Shown: piece after piece, positions 8,472 through 16,515 of the stretch
Layout of the letters: the number at the start of each line of letters is the position of its first letter
How positions within the stretch are numbered: position 1 is the stretch's first letter
From: Escherichia phage nepoznato
Sequence record: NC_052658.1
Reading direction: 5' to 3' (one strand)
Length of the DNA stretch: 64,000 nucleotides
Notes under the pieces: generated by a model
What the model was told of the DNA's origin: nothing
Seen by the model: the letters and a program-made list of their open reading frames with translations, nothing else
Database searches by the model: none
Translations under genes and position numbers: made by a program

Positions 8472-8980
8472 TTATTAATGTGCTTCCATGTGGTGTAAGT
8501 AACAATATCCTGTATTGTCCATCTTGAAACTTCATACTTTTTTGCCAATGCTCGTTGACTAATTTTAGTAGTCTCATACTCCATACGGATTTGAATAACA
8601 TCTTTTTCTGATAACTTGGCTTTATTATTTTCTTCCCCTTTAGGATTAACAAGTAATCCTGTGCTAACAGCGTGTGTCATATTCTCATGCTGTGTCGCCC
8701 ACTCCACGTTATCCTTGTGGTTGTTAAGCTTGTTACCATCTTTGTGATTAACAGATTTCTTGTTTTCAGGATTAGGATGAAAAGCTTTACAAACCAAACG
8801 GTGAATCTTAAAACAAATACTTTTTCCTTTTCTACCGCCAATTTTTGTTGCGTGGGTATAGTAACCTGTTTTAGATATGGTTTGGGATAGTATCTTATTA
8901 GTTCTCTTACTTCTTAATCTTCCGAGGTCACTTATTTGGAAGTAATTCTCATAACCAGCTACATCACGCCATTCTTCCAT
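8462..8980 (-). CDS. HNH homing endonuclease embedded in tRNA cluster
   Basis: 172 aa; motif ...VNHKDGNKLNNHKDNVEWATQHENMTHA, closely similar to the HNH protein at 4560-5240. Confidence 0.7.
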   Translation of the reverse strand: MEEWRDVAGYENYFQISDLGRLRSKRTNKILSQTISKTGYYTHATKIGGRKGKSICFKIHRLVCKAFHPNPENKKSVNHKDGNKLNNHKDNVEWATQHENMTHAVSTGLLVNPKGEENNKAKLSEKDVIQIRMEYETTKISQRALAKKYEVSRWTIQDIVTYTTWKHINNGI

Positions 8981-9106
8981 TTATACCTACTTATACCTGA
9001 ATAAAACAATAAATCATTTAATGAAGGGCAACCAGAAGAAGTGTGAGAGAAGGAGAAAACCATGAGTAAAAGAGAAAGTTTTCTGGCAACCCTTTATTAA
9101 ATAATT

Positions 9107-9183
9107 TGGAGCGTTATATCGGATTCGAACCGATGCCACCGACTTGGAAGGACGGGATGCTGAACCGCTAACACTAATAACGC
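9107..9183 (-). tRNA. tRNA-Gly (anticodon UCC), CCA encoded
   Basis: Acceptor GCGTTAT/ATAACGC, anticodon loop CTTCCAA, T-arm ATCGG-TTCGAAT-CCGAT; one U-U mismatch in the anticodon stem. Confidence 0.7.
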
Positions 9184-9196
9184 TTTGTATATATTT

Positions 9197-9226
9197 ACTA
9201 TACTACATTTTACTATCGAATGTCAA
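9197..9226 (-). promoter_or_regulatory. sigma70-like promoter (TTGACA, 18 bp, TATAGT) for the tRNA-Gly unit
   Basis: Minus-strand reading TTAAATAACTATTGACATTCGATAGTAAAATGTAGTATAGT, immediately upstream of tRNA-Gly. Confidence 0.55.
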
Positions 9227-9501
9227 TAGTTATTTAATAGGTGGGACAGTGACGAGTATCCCATTGGGTGACTAGCCCTACGTTCGGTAAGCTAACTTAA
9301 AATAATACAAAACCAAAGTCAAATATTATTCTTCGTTGCTGTCGATGGGAGAGCCGCTTCTTCTTTTGCCCCATCCAACCCTACTCCGGTCAAGTTTCAG
9401 GTAACTCTTTTTGTGATCAACACAATACTAAGAACACTGTCTTTCGAACAGACCTTGTGCACAGGATACGACGATCAATCACAGTGCCCTTAATGTTGTG
9501 T

Positions 9502-9576
9502 TGGTGCTCCCACTCTGAATCGAACAGAGATCCACGGATTACAAAACCGTTGTAATAGCCATTATACTATAGGAGC
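9502..9576 (-). tRNA. tRNA-Thr (anticodon UGU), CCA encoded
   Basis: Acceptor GCTCCTA/TGGGAGC, anticodon stem ACGGT/TCCGT with loop TTTGTAA, T-arm CTCTG-TTCGATT-CAGAG. Confidence 0.65.
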
Positions 9577-9583
9577 AAAGCTG

Positions 9584-9657
9584 GGACTCGGCAGGATTCG
9601 ATACCTGCAATTCCAGAAGCCTATTGGCGACTGGGGGTTTACCTTAACTCTACAAGT
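9584..9657 (-). tRNA. tRNA-like element, atypical (8-nt T-loop, no clean anticodon arm)
   Basis: Acceptor GGACTTG/CGAGTCC pairs and a T-stem GCAGG/CCTGC exists, but the loop is TATCGAAT and the anticodon arm is non-canonical. Confidence 0.3.
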
Positions 9658-9666
9658 CCATAATTC

Positions 9667-9752
9667 TGGCGATGAGTATAGGATTCGAACCTATATTGTT
9701 CTTTCGAACACGGATTAACAGTCCGCCGCTTAAACCATTCAGCCAACTCATC
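9667..9752 (-). tRNA. tRNA-Asn-like (anticodon GUU) with a long variable arm, CCA encoded
   Basis: 86 nt; anticodon arm GCGGA-CTGTTAA-TCCGT; acceptor GATGAGT/ACTCATC; 15-nt variable hairpin GTTC-GAAA-GAAC; T-arm ATAGG-TTCGAAT-CCTAT. Confidence 0.55.
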
Positions 9753-9758
9753 TTAATT

Positions 9759-9846
9759 TGGTGGTGAGTGATGGAGTCGAACCACCCGAATCGCAATGAT
9801 AACAGATTTACAGTCTGCCCCGCTACCCCTACGGAATTAACTCACC
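9759..9846 (-). tRNA. tRNA-Tyr (anticodon GUA), type II, CCA encoded
   Basis: 88 nt; acceptor GGTGAGT/ACTCACC; anticodon arm GCAGA-CTGTAAA-TCTGT; long variable arm; T-arm GGTGG-TTCGACT-CCATC. Confidence 0.75.
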
Positions 9847-9976
9847 TAAATACTAATATTTAAATTCTTTTTAAAATAGCCAGTGTTCACACCACTAACT
9901 ATGAGTTATCGGTAAAGTGGTTACCGCCACTTGCCGAAGATTTACTCTGCTAAAGTAAGCTACATTAAAAAGAACT

Positions 9977-10062
9977 TGGCGGTAGATGTAGGACTCGAAC
10001 CTACACGCCGTTTCCGACTACAGTTTAGCAAACTGTCGTGGCTACCATTTCACCAATCTACC
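9977..10062 (-). tRNA. tRNA-Ser (anticodon GCU), type II, CCA encoded
   Basis: 86 nt; acceptor GGTAGAT/ATCTACC; D-stem GTG/CAC; anticodon arm ACAGT-TTGCTAA-ACTGT; long variable arm; T-loop TTCGAGT. Confidence 0.75.
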
Positions 10063-10067
10063 TAATC

Positions 10068-10158
10068 TGGTGGAAGGAGGGAGAGTCGAACTCCCAAGGC
10101 TCTTTCAAGCTCGGCGGTTTTCAAGACCGTTTTCGTCGCCACATCGATTTGCCCTTCC
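10068..10158 (-). tRNA. tRNA-Ser (anticodon UGA), type II, CCA encoded
   Basis: 91 nt; anticodon region ACGGTCTTGAAAACCG; acceptor GGAAGGG/TCCTTCC; T-arm GGGAG-TTCGACT-CTCCC. Confidence 0.7.
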
Positions 10159-10167
10159 ATACTTATA

Positions 10168-10196
10168 ATCTAACATAAAATAATGTTTGTTGTCAA
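10168..10196 (-). promoter_or_regulatory. sigma70-like promoter (TTGACA, 17 bp, TTAGAT) for the tRNA-Ser unit
   Basis: Minus-strand reading AAAAAACTATTGACAACAAACATTATTTTATGTTAGAT, upstream of tRNA-Ser(UGA). Confidence 0.5.
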
Positions 10197-10392
10197 TAGT
10201 TTTTTAAAACATTTTACCATGAATGGTGACTCCACCAACCCCCGTTCTCCACGAACGGTGCTCTTCGAGCATTTATGTCTTCTAATATAACCGTGGCCTT
10301 TGTTTATAATGTCTGACATACTTGCCTCATTCTCTGCCACCATGATCAGTAGTGGGTTCAAATCACTTGAGCTAATTCATGTTAAAATGTTC

Positions 10393-10467
10393 TGGTGTCT
10401 TTACAAGGAATCGAACCTTGACTAAGAGTTTAGAAGACTCCTGTGCTATCCATTACACCATAAAGAC
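10393..10467 (-). tRNA. tRNA-Arg (anticodon UCU), CCA encoded
   Basis: Acceptor GTCTTTA/TAAAGAC, D-arm GTGT-AATGGATA-GCAC, anticodon arm GGAGT-CTTCTAA-ACTCT, T-arm AAGG-TTCGATT-CCTT. Confidence 0.8.
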
Positions 10468-10469
10468 TT

Positions 10470-10544
10470 TGGTGGCCCTGGCTGGTTTCGATCCAGCTAC
10501 CTATCGGTTATGAGCCGACAGCTCTCCCATTGAGCTACAGGGCC
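10470..10544 (-). tRNA. tRNA-Met or Ile2 (anticodon CAU), CCA encoded
   Basis: Acceptor GGCCCTG/CAGGGCC, D-arm GCTC-AATGGGA-GAGC, anticodon arm GTCGG-CTCATAA-CCGAT, T-stem GCTGG/CCAGC with loop ATCGAAA. Confidence 0.7.
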
Positions 10545-10546
10545 AT

Positions 10547-10743
10547 AAATGTGGTAACAGAGACGCTGACGATTGTAGAGAACCGCTACATTCTCTAAGA
10601 CCAAGCCCAACTTTCAGCGTAAAAGTTCTTGAGCCGAGACTGTTCCTTTTCCTCTTTGGTAGCTAACCTCTGAAGAAGTAGTCTCTAACACTACCGCAGT
10701 GCAAGCCCCCTCTTAACAAAAGTCAACGACCCTGTTACCACAC
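10547..10743 (-). ncRNA. candidate structured leader RNA of the tRNA operon
   Basis: About 197 nt with no ORF between promoter 10756-10784 and the first tRNA; bounded by a perfect 10 bp inverted repeat GTGGTAACAG (10547-10556) / CTGTTACCAC (10734-10743). Confidence 0.3.
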
Positions 10744-10755
10744 TTGATGAACGTA

Positions 10756-10784
10756 TCCTAACATATGAAGGATACGTTTGTCAA
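10756..10784 (-). promoter_or_regulatory. sigma70-like promoter (TTGACA with weak -10) for distal tRNA unit
   Basis: Minus-strand reading TTAAATAACTATTGACAAACG...; same extended -35 context as promoter 9197-9226; -10 hexamer not confidently placed. Confidence 0.35.
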
Positions 10785-10791
10785 TAGTTAT

Positions 10792-11040
10792 TTAAGCATA
10801 TTCTGCTACTTCTTCACTATCTCTCTTTTCCAGAAGAGCAACAACCAAAGCTTCTGCGTTAAAAGTGTTAATTTCAAGATCCATCTCTCGCATCAGAGCC
10901 AAGAAATCAATAACTTTAACATCTTTAGTGATTACAATAGAAGTTGTACCATTGTTTTCAGATGTGTATTTTTCTGGATGGAAAAGAAAAACTGCATTGC
11001 CGTTACCATCTTCAAACACGTGTTTTTCTAATAGAGACAT
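10792..11040 (-). CDS. hypothetical protein
   Basis: Track ORF 10792-11106 trimmed to the ATG at 11040, which follows RBS AGGAGG (MSLLEKHVFEDGNGN...). Confidence 0.4.
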   Translation of the reverse strand: MSLLEKHVFEDGNGNAVFLFHPEKYTSENNGTTSIVITKDVKVIDFLALMREMDLEINTFNAEALVVALLEKRDSEEVAEYA

Positions 11041-11048
11041 TGTTCCTC

Positions 11049-11300
11049 CTAATCTGTTAGTTGTTCGTCCTCTACCAAGTTTGACACGAGAACGTCTGTT
11101 ATACATTGATGCTGATAAACCCTTTCGGGACTATCATCAAAAGCCAAACCTGTGCAAATAGAACAGAGGTCTGATTCCTTGATGACTCCATTTTTATCAC
11201 GTCTGGAGTGGTTTGTCAAATGCCTATTACAAGCACGGCACCTAAAATAAAAACTATTTTGCATATATCCTTCGAACCCCAAATGGGGAGTGATCGGCAT
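11049..11300 (-). CDS. hypothetical Cys-rich small protein
   Basis: 83 aa with CRACNRH...CSICTG (possible zinc-binding pairs). Confidence 0.35.
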   Translation of the reverse strand: MPITPHLGFEGYMQNSFYFRCRACNRHLTNHSRRDKNGVIKESDLCSICTGLAFDDSPERVYQHQCITDVLVSNLVEDEQLTD

Positions 11301-11337
11301 CTCCTCACTTCTAGTTTAGCACGAAGGATATCTTAAG

Positions 11338-11523
11338 TCAACTAGGAATAATTTTATCCTTTTTGGTTTCATAACCAGTCCAATCTAAATCCTCCCAGCC
11401 TTCATCATCGTCTAACACATTGTCATCGTCATAAGATGCAATGTTATAAATAGAACGTGGATTACAAGACATACAATCTTTAATAGGTACATGATGCCAT
11501 TTGCACGGATTCTCGCTAATCAT
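11338..11523 (-). CDS. hypothetical protein
   Basis: 61 aa ORF; first minus-strand gene next to the divergent control region. Confidence 0.3.
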   Translation of the reverse strand: MISENPCKWHHVPIKDCMSCNPRSIYNIASYDDDNVLDDDEGWEDLDWTGYETKKDKIIPS

Positions 11524-11569
11524 TGCACACCTCCATTCTTGTTAAGATGTTCCGTACTGTACTTCATAC

Positions 11570-11583
11570 TGATCTATAGATCA
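11570..11583. repeat. perfect 14 bp palindrome TGATCTATAGATCA in the divergent control region
   Basis: Read directly; flanked by GTACTGTAC-type inverted repeats (11552-11565 and 11720-11736) around an AT-rich core. Confidence 0.6.
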
Positions 11584-12004
11584 AGTATTATTTATAATAA
11601 TTTATTATTTTATTTTTAATTGATAGAAGTTGATCTGTACGTACCAGTTCTGATACACTGTACCTGTTTGTTAGATCTAATAATTATTTATTATTAATAT
11701 TTAATAATTATTAATCTAGTACGGAGTACAGTACTTGAGTACAGAGTACTACATCAACAACCTAAAACCTTAACTCGCTGCGCTCGTTAATAGATTTCTA
11801 GGGTAGCATACTTCGAACACAAAAGTCAAGAGTTTTATTAAAATTATTTTCTGTGTGCAAAAAACCTTGCTTAAACAGGTAGCAATAGTATAGCCTATAA
11901 CATAAGCTTCATAAGAGGCTCGTAGAGCAAGTTCACTTACTAGGTAAGGTGATTTATCATCTTATATATAAAAAGTGCGTCAGAGACGCGTTTAGGAGGC
12001 TAGA

Positions 12005-12328
12005 ATGAGATTTACAAGACAAGAGGTAGTTGTGCTGGACGAAGCAATGACAATGATCGTCTTTTACTACGAGGATATCTTCTGTGCAGCATATCATTTA
12101 AATGACATTCAGATCGAATGGCAGCAGATAGCATTTTTGTTGGACAAGAGTACTCATTTGGATGGCTTTGAGTATTTGGAATGGGATGGTGCAAAGGAAG
12201 TTAAAATTGTAGGGTTAAATCACGATCAGATTGTTGACATGCAATGTAAGTTGTGTCATTATCAGTTCTCAAACAAAGTCAAACTCGAAAGGCAATTGGA
12301 GGTGGTTAAAGATGATAGCACTAATTAG
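12005..12328 (+). CDS. hypothetical early protein
   Basis: 107 aa; RBS AGGAGG before the ATG; first plus-strand gene. Confidence 0.45.
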   Translation: MRFTRQEVVVLDEAMTMIVFYYEDIFCAAYHLNDIQIEWQQIAFLLDKSTHLDGFEYLEWDGAKEVKIVGLNHDQIVDMQCKLCHYQFSNKVKLERQLEVVKDDSTN

Positions 12329-12428
12329 TGAGAATCCAGTCCTGACAACAATTGTTCTGATTTTTGCCATGTGTGTGGTTCACGATGTTCTGGTAAGTTA
12401 TTTTGACAACAAAGGAGGTAAGAAATGA
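12312..12428 (+). CDS. hypothetical small membrane peptide
   Basis: 38 aa hydrophobic peptide (MIALISENPVLTTIVLIFAMCVV...); RBS GGAGG before the ATG at 12312. Confidence 0.3.
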   Translation: MIALISENPVLTTIVLIFAMCVVHDVLVSYFDNKGGKK

Positions 12429-12619
12429 AAGACGTTATTCAAATGGTATTCCGTGTAACTCTAGATGGTATACACGTTGTTAAAGGCACACAGAACTACA
12501 CAGAAGCGAAAGAACATTTCCTGGAATGGATTGAGACGTTGAAGACACAAAACGTTTCCTACAACCGTGTGACGCTCACTGGCGACCATACCCCAATCAT
12601 GGAGTACGTAAAGAAATGA
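12425..12619 (+). CDS. hypothetical protein
   Basis: 64 aa; RBS GGAGG; stop/start overlap with the next gene. Confidence 0.4.
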   Translation: MKDVIQMVFRVTLDGIHVVKGTQNYTEAKEHFLEWIETLKTQNVSYNRVTLTGDHTPIMEYVKK

Positions 12620-12855
12620 GCAAATATCCAATTACAGGTGTAACCTATTCTTGTGTATCAAAAGGTGGCTTATATACGGTCGTGGAATTTCCAAAACCTG
12701 CCGGAATATCTAAAGTGTTTGATCCTGTTGTTATCTATGAAGATCTTAGAACAGGTCAACGTTATTGGAGATTTGTGAATGACTTTTTAGATCGTATGGA
12801 GGTAGTAAGTGGCGAAAACACCGAAGAAGTTATCAAAGCCAAAGAACGTTACTAA
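12616..12855 (+). CDS. hypothetical protein
   Basis: 79 aa ORF, co-oriented. Confidence 0.4.
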   Translation: MSKYPITGVTYSCVSKGGLYTVVEFPKPAGISKVFDPVVIYEDLRTGQRYWRFVNDFLDRMEVVSGENTEEVIKAKERY

Positions 12856-13162
12856 GAAACCGAAAAACGAGGTTCTCAAAGTAGCCAAATCAGTTCCTAA
12901 GAAAGATAAGTTTGATACGGAGGCATTCGTCTTTGACACACCAATCGAGAAGATTGAAGAAGCGTTGCAACGTCTTGAGGAGCAGGAGGCAGATCCAATG
13001 GCTGAACCACTCACGGAAGACCAAATCTACTGGTTCGGATGGTGGACGCTCAACCTGCCCGATGCAAAGCGAAGAGGAATGACTTCAGTCCCTACTTGTG
13101 CAAAAGAGGCTGCTGTGTTAGGTTTGTATGATAAATCTAAGAAGAGGAGCAAAAAGAAATGA
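12809..13162 (+). CDS. hypothetical Lys-rich protein
   Basis: GTG start 6 nt after RBS GGAGG; Lys-rich N- and C-termini; overlaps the previous gene. Confidence 0.35.
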   Translation: MAKTPKKLSKPKNVTKKPKNEVLKVAKSVPKKDKFDTEAFVFDTPIEKIEEALQRLEEQEADPMAEPLTEDQIYWFGWWTLNLPDAKRRGMTSVPTCAKEAAVLGLYDKSKKRSKKK

Positions 13163-13440
13163 TCAAGACTTTCCTGAAGTGTGTAAAAGCAACAGATAGT
13201 GAGTGGTACTCTGGATTATTCACTGTTGGCAAGAAATATGAGATCCTCAACGGGACAGGCAAGAAGTTTTCTCTCGTTGTAAACGATGAAGGCACGAAGC
13301 AAATGGTATTTGCTGAAAGCTCTGTCTATGGTATCTTTGAAGTGGTGCAAGAAGGCTCTCCAATGATTCTGGAGTATCATGGCACTAATAAACCATATAC
13401 TGCTATGGATGTTATCAACAACAAGAGGAATGCAAAATGA
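13159..13440 (+). CDS. hypothetical protein
   Basis: 93 aa ORF with ATGA start/stop overlap. Confidence 0.4.
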   Translation: MIKTFLKCVKATDSEWYSGLFTVGKKYEILNGTGKKFSLVVNDEGTKQMVFAESSVYGIFEVVQEGSPMILEYHGTNKPYTAMDVINNKRNAK

Positions 13441-13619
13441 TTTTGCTCTATTCCGGTAAGGCAAAATACATGCAAGGTGTTAAACGCGTAGAGGTTACTA
13501 GAACAGTAACAATAGGGAAATCTTTTATCGTTTATTGTTTCCTTGTTAATGGGAAGGAGTATGCTGTAGCAAAGACCTTGGTTGATAATGGTAAAACTTG
13601 GAAAGTGGAGGCACTATGA
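13437..13619 (+). CDS. hypothetical protein
   Basis: 60 aa ORF, overlap-coupled. Confidence 0.35.
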   Translation: MILLYSGKAKYMQGVKRVEVTRTVTIGKSFIVYCFLVNGKEYAVAKTLVDNGKTWKVEAL

Positions 13620-13813
13620 TCACTGTAGCTGGGTGGGTGGTATTGGCAACACTTAATGGGAATGTTACTGTGGAGACTAAAACCATCTTCAAAGCACCAG
13701 AAGATTGCTATAACTCCTTGGTAACTTGGCCTCGTGATGAGGATGATAAGGCAGAGTATCAGTGTTTTTACATTGAGGGTAAGCCTGTAGAATTTGAGGT
13801 GAGGGTGAAATGA
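13598..13813 (+). CDS. hypothetical protein
   Basis: 71 aa ORF; N-terminal hydrophobic segment. Confidence 0.35.
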   Translation: MESGGTMITVAGWVVLATLNGNVTVETKTIFKAPEDCYNSLVTWPRDEDDKAEYQCFYIEGKPVEFEVRVK

Positions 13814-14295
13814 AAATAAAAATTACTAAAGCACATGTAGATAACCCACAATTCTTTTCTTTGAATACAAGCTACGATATTAAAAACGGAGATGAGTTTG
13901 AGGTTGTTGATATTGTAACAGATTCCGATGGCGTGGATTTTGGATATATGATTGTTCCTCCTTGTGGCGGTAGTCCTATTGTTGTATTGCGTGACGAAGC
14001 TGTAGAAGTGAGTTATGATGAATCCCAATACGACAGTCCATATATGACAGAGTGGATCGTGGCTGTAGATGTTGGAGGTATGGTTTCTGTACTGAAAGCT
14101 CCAAATCTCCACCCTAGTTTTACAGAGAACGGTAAGACAGCTTTGGATTATGGGTTGCCAGAAGATGTTGAGAATACACCGCCAGGTATGTACCGTTGGA
14201 TTTGCTCTTTCCATGAAGAGAAGGATTGGGAATCAGGGCTTGTGGAGGATTGGCATTTTGAAGTAGAGAGTTCTTTTTTAATCATGCCTGCTTAG
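13810..14295 (+). CDS. hypothetical protein
   Basis: 161 aa ORF. Confidence 0.4.
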   Translation: MKIKITKAHVDNPQFFSLNTSYDIKNGDEFEVVDIVTDSDGVDFGYMIVPPCGGSPIVVLRDEAVEVSYDESQYDSPYMTEWIVAVDVGGMVSVLKAPNLHPSFTENGKTALDYGLPEDVENTPPGMYRWICSFHEEKDWESGLVEDWHFEVESSFLIMPA

Positions 14296-14305
14296 AGGAG
14301 GTTAT

Positions 14306-14662
14306 ATGGGTACTATTATTTGGCTTGATGATTTACGTGATCCAAAAGATTATGGTTATCCAGATGCAATCTGGTTTAAAACATCACAGGAACTTCTTGC
14401 CTCTCGTTACATGAATGAGGTGCAGAAGGGTTATCGTTTTGTAGACGAGTGGCATTTTGACAACGATTTGGGTGAAGACTCTGATCGAGATGGGTATGAT
14501 GTTTTCTTACATTTGGAAGAACTCCTGATGTTTGGTAAACCTTGTTTTGGTTCACCTACTATTTTCGTGCATACTTCTAATCCCTCCGCTGGGGATAAAT
14601 TCATGCTTGCAAAAGAATCCATGCTGCGTTATGGTATTCAAATGAAGCGTGTTCACTATTAA
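14306..14662 (+). CDS. hypothetical protein
   Basis: 118 aa ORF preceded by RBS GGAGG. Confidence 0.4.
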   Translation: MGTIIWLDDLRDPKDYGYPDAIWFKTSQELLASRYMNEVQKGYRFVDEWHFDNDLGEDSDRDGYDVFLHLEELLMFGKPCFGSPTIFVHTSNPSAGDKFMLAKESMLRYGIQMKRVHY

Positions 14663-14673
14663 GGAGAAACTTA

Positions 14674-15030
14674 ATGAGCAGTATTGATCAGAACATTTGT
14701 TACCAACCTCTCACTTGGATCGGTGAGGGGCATTATGCGCAACGTGTTATCGTCTGTGCTGCGAATAAGTATATTTTGAATAATGGTGAAGAATTAATTA
14801 TTCCTTGCGTTCGACATGCAAATCCTGTACTATATGCACAGTTAAACGTGTTGAAAGAAGCAGGTGTAATCAACAAAACTTTGTGCACACCAGATAATCA
14901 AGGCTTTATCGATCAGTATTACAATTGGTGGAGTCGTGCGGATGCTTACATCATCGCGGAAAATGCTGACCAGATCGACCATGAGCGTAATGGTCACGAC
15001 CATGAATTATTTAGCGAGGGATTATACTAA
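14674..15030 (+). CDS. hypothetical protein
   Basis: 118 aa ORF. Confidence 0.4.
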   Translation: MSSIDQNICYQPLTWIGEGHYAQRVIVCAANKYILNNGEELIIPCVRHANPVLYAQLNVLKEAGVINKTLCTPDNQGFIDQYYNWWSRADAYIIAENADQIDHERNGHDHELFSEGLY

Positions 15031-15581
15031 TGTTTATTACAAGCGATTTGCATTTTATGCATAAACGTATTCGAGAGTTTGCTCCTGAATATCGTCCGTG
15101 GGAAGATATGGACCACATGACAGAAGCCTTGATCGAAGCATGGAACAAATGTGCTACTACTCCTGGTGTTAAGATGTGGCATTTGGGCGACTTCTGTTTC
15201 GGAACTGAAGAAGATACCCGTAAAATTGCTTCCCGTCTCCAAGGAGATATCACCTACTGTGTTGGGAACCATGACTACAGCAAACACCGAGAAGTGCTTG
15301 CAGAGTATGGCGAAGTGGTGTATTATGACGAAGTGAAATACCAGAAGCTGTTCTTCGTCTTAAGTCATTACCCTATTGCCTCCTGGAATAAACAAGGTCG
15401 TGGATCAATCATGCTACACGGGCATTCCCACGGATCTTTCCCTGATGAAGCTTATGGTAAAATGTTAGATGTGGGTTGGGATGCACACGGAAAAATCTTG
15501 CATTTTGATGAGATAATTTCTATGATGAGTAAACGAGATATCGTGACTGTAGACCATCACAAAATAATCAAAGGAGAGTAA
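15030..15581 (+). CDS. calcineurin-like metallophosphoesterase (candidate RNA end-healing phosphatase)
   Basis: 183 aa; metallophosphatase motifs DLHF, GDFCFG, GNHD, HGHSH; directly upstream of RNA ligase and kinase. Confidence 0.6.
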   Translation: MFITSDLHFMHKRIREFAPEYRPWEDMDHMTEALIEAWNKCATTPGVKMWHLGDFCFGTEEDTRKIASRLQGDITYCVGNHDYSKHREVLAEYGEVVYYDEVKYQKLFFVLSHYPIASWNKQGRGSIMLHGHSHGSFPDEAYGKMLDVGWDAHGKILHFDEIISMMSKRDIVTVDHHKIIKGE

Positions 15582-15582
15582 T

Positions 15583-16515
15583 GTGACTAAATTTAATTGC
15601 GACGATTTGGTTGAAAAAGGTTTAGTTCATAAGAAAACATATAAAGAAGGAGAGTATTCTGGTCTATCTGTTCTTAAGTATAAGAACAAAGTTTTCTGGG
15701 ATAACTTATGGAGTATTGATTCTCGTCTTCTAGAATGTCGCGGGATCGTTGTTGATGCTGATGACAATGTTGTTATTTGGCCTTTCACTAAGATTTTTAA
15801 TCGTTTTGAGAATGGCACAGATCTACCAGCGGATGAACTTGTAGATGTGGTTCGTAAAGTAAATGGTTTTATGGCCTCTGTAGGTGTATATAAAGGTCAA
15901 CTTATTGTATCGACAACAGGAAGCCTTGAATCAGATTTTGCAAGTATTGCAAAGAATCGTATTGTTTCAGAGTGTGATGACATAGAACATTTCATCAAAT
16001 GGACAGAGAGTGCAAAAGCAACTTTCCTTTTTGAAATCTGTGATCCTTCTGATCCGCATATTGTCGAAGAAGAACCAGGTGCATACTTAATTGGTGCCAG
16101 AATTCAAAATCCTGATGGGACAAGTTTTATGTTACCTGAAGGTGCTCTTGATGGAATTGCTTCTGTCACCAAATTTAAGCGTCCTGAAGTTCATTCGATG
16201 GTTAAGTTTTCAGATGTTGTTGAAATGTCTAAACATTGTAAACACGAAGGGTTTGTAGTTCGTGAAACAAACTATCCGTTCAACTTGCTTTTAAAAATTA
16301 AATCACCACACTATCTTACTAAGAAGTTTCTTATGCGTGGTGGAGATAAAAAGTGGGATCTGATTTGGGATAATCCAAAAAATGCCAAACAAATGGTTGA
16401 CGAAGAATATTACGCTTTGTTAGAATGGATTCGAAATAATTTTACGAAGACTCAATGGGCTGCTTTAAATCAGCAAGAGCGACGTGAAAAAATCGAAAAC
16501 TTTTTTGGAGGATAA
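15583..16515 (+). CDS. RNA ligase, Rnl1 family
   Basis: 310 aa; ECRGIVVD matches T4 Rnl1 ECRGIMFE; nucleotidyltransferase motif I VRKVNGFMASV matches T4 Rnl1 LTKEDGSLVS (KxNG variant). Confidence 0.6.
   Translation: MTKFNCDDLVEKGLVHKKTYKEGEYSGLSVLKYKNKVFWDNLWSIDSRLLECRGIVVDADDNVVIWPFTKIFNRFENGTDLPADELVDVVRKVNGFMASVGVYKGQLIVSTTGSLESDFASIAKNRIVSECDDIEHFIKWTESAKATFLFEICDPSDPHIVEEEPGAYLIGARIQNPDGTSFMLPEGALDGIASVTKFKRPEVHSMVKFSDVVEMSKHCKHEGFVVRETNYPFNLLLKIKSPHYLTKKFLMRGGDKKWDLIWDNPKNAKQMVDEEYYALLEWIRNNFTKTQWAALNQQERREKIENFFGG

Noticed and set aside
10170-10361. 63 aa minus-strand ORF inside the tRNA cluster
   Set aside because: No RBS, lies in an inter-tRNA spacer and has an implausible composition; more likely non-coding.
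12231-12428. Full-length 65 aa track ORF
   Set aside because: The 5' part overlaps CDS 12005-12328; the RBS-preceded internal ATG at 12312 is the more likely start, so only 12312-12428 is reported.
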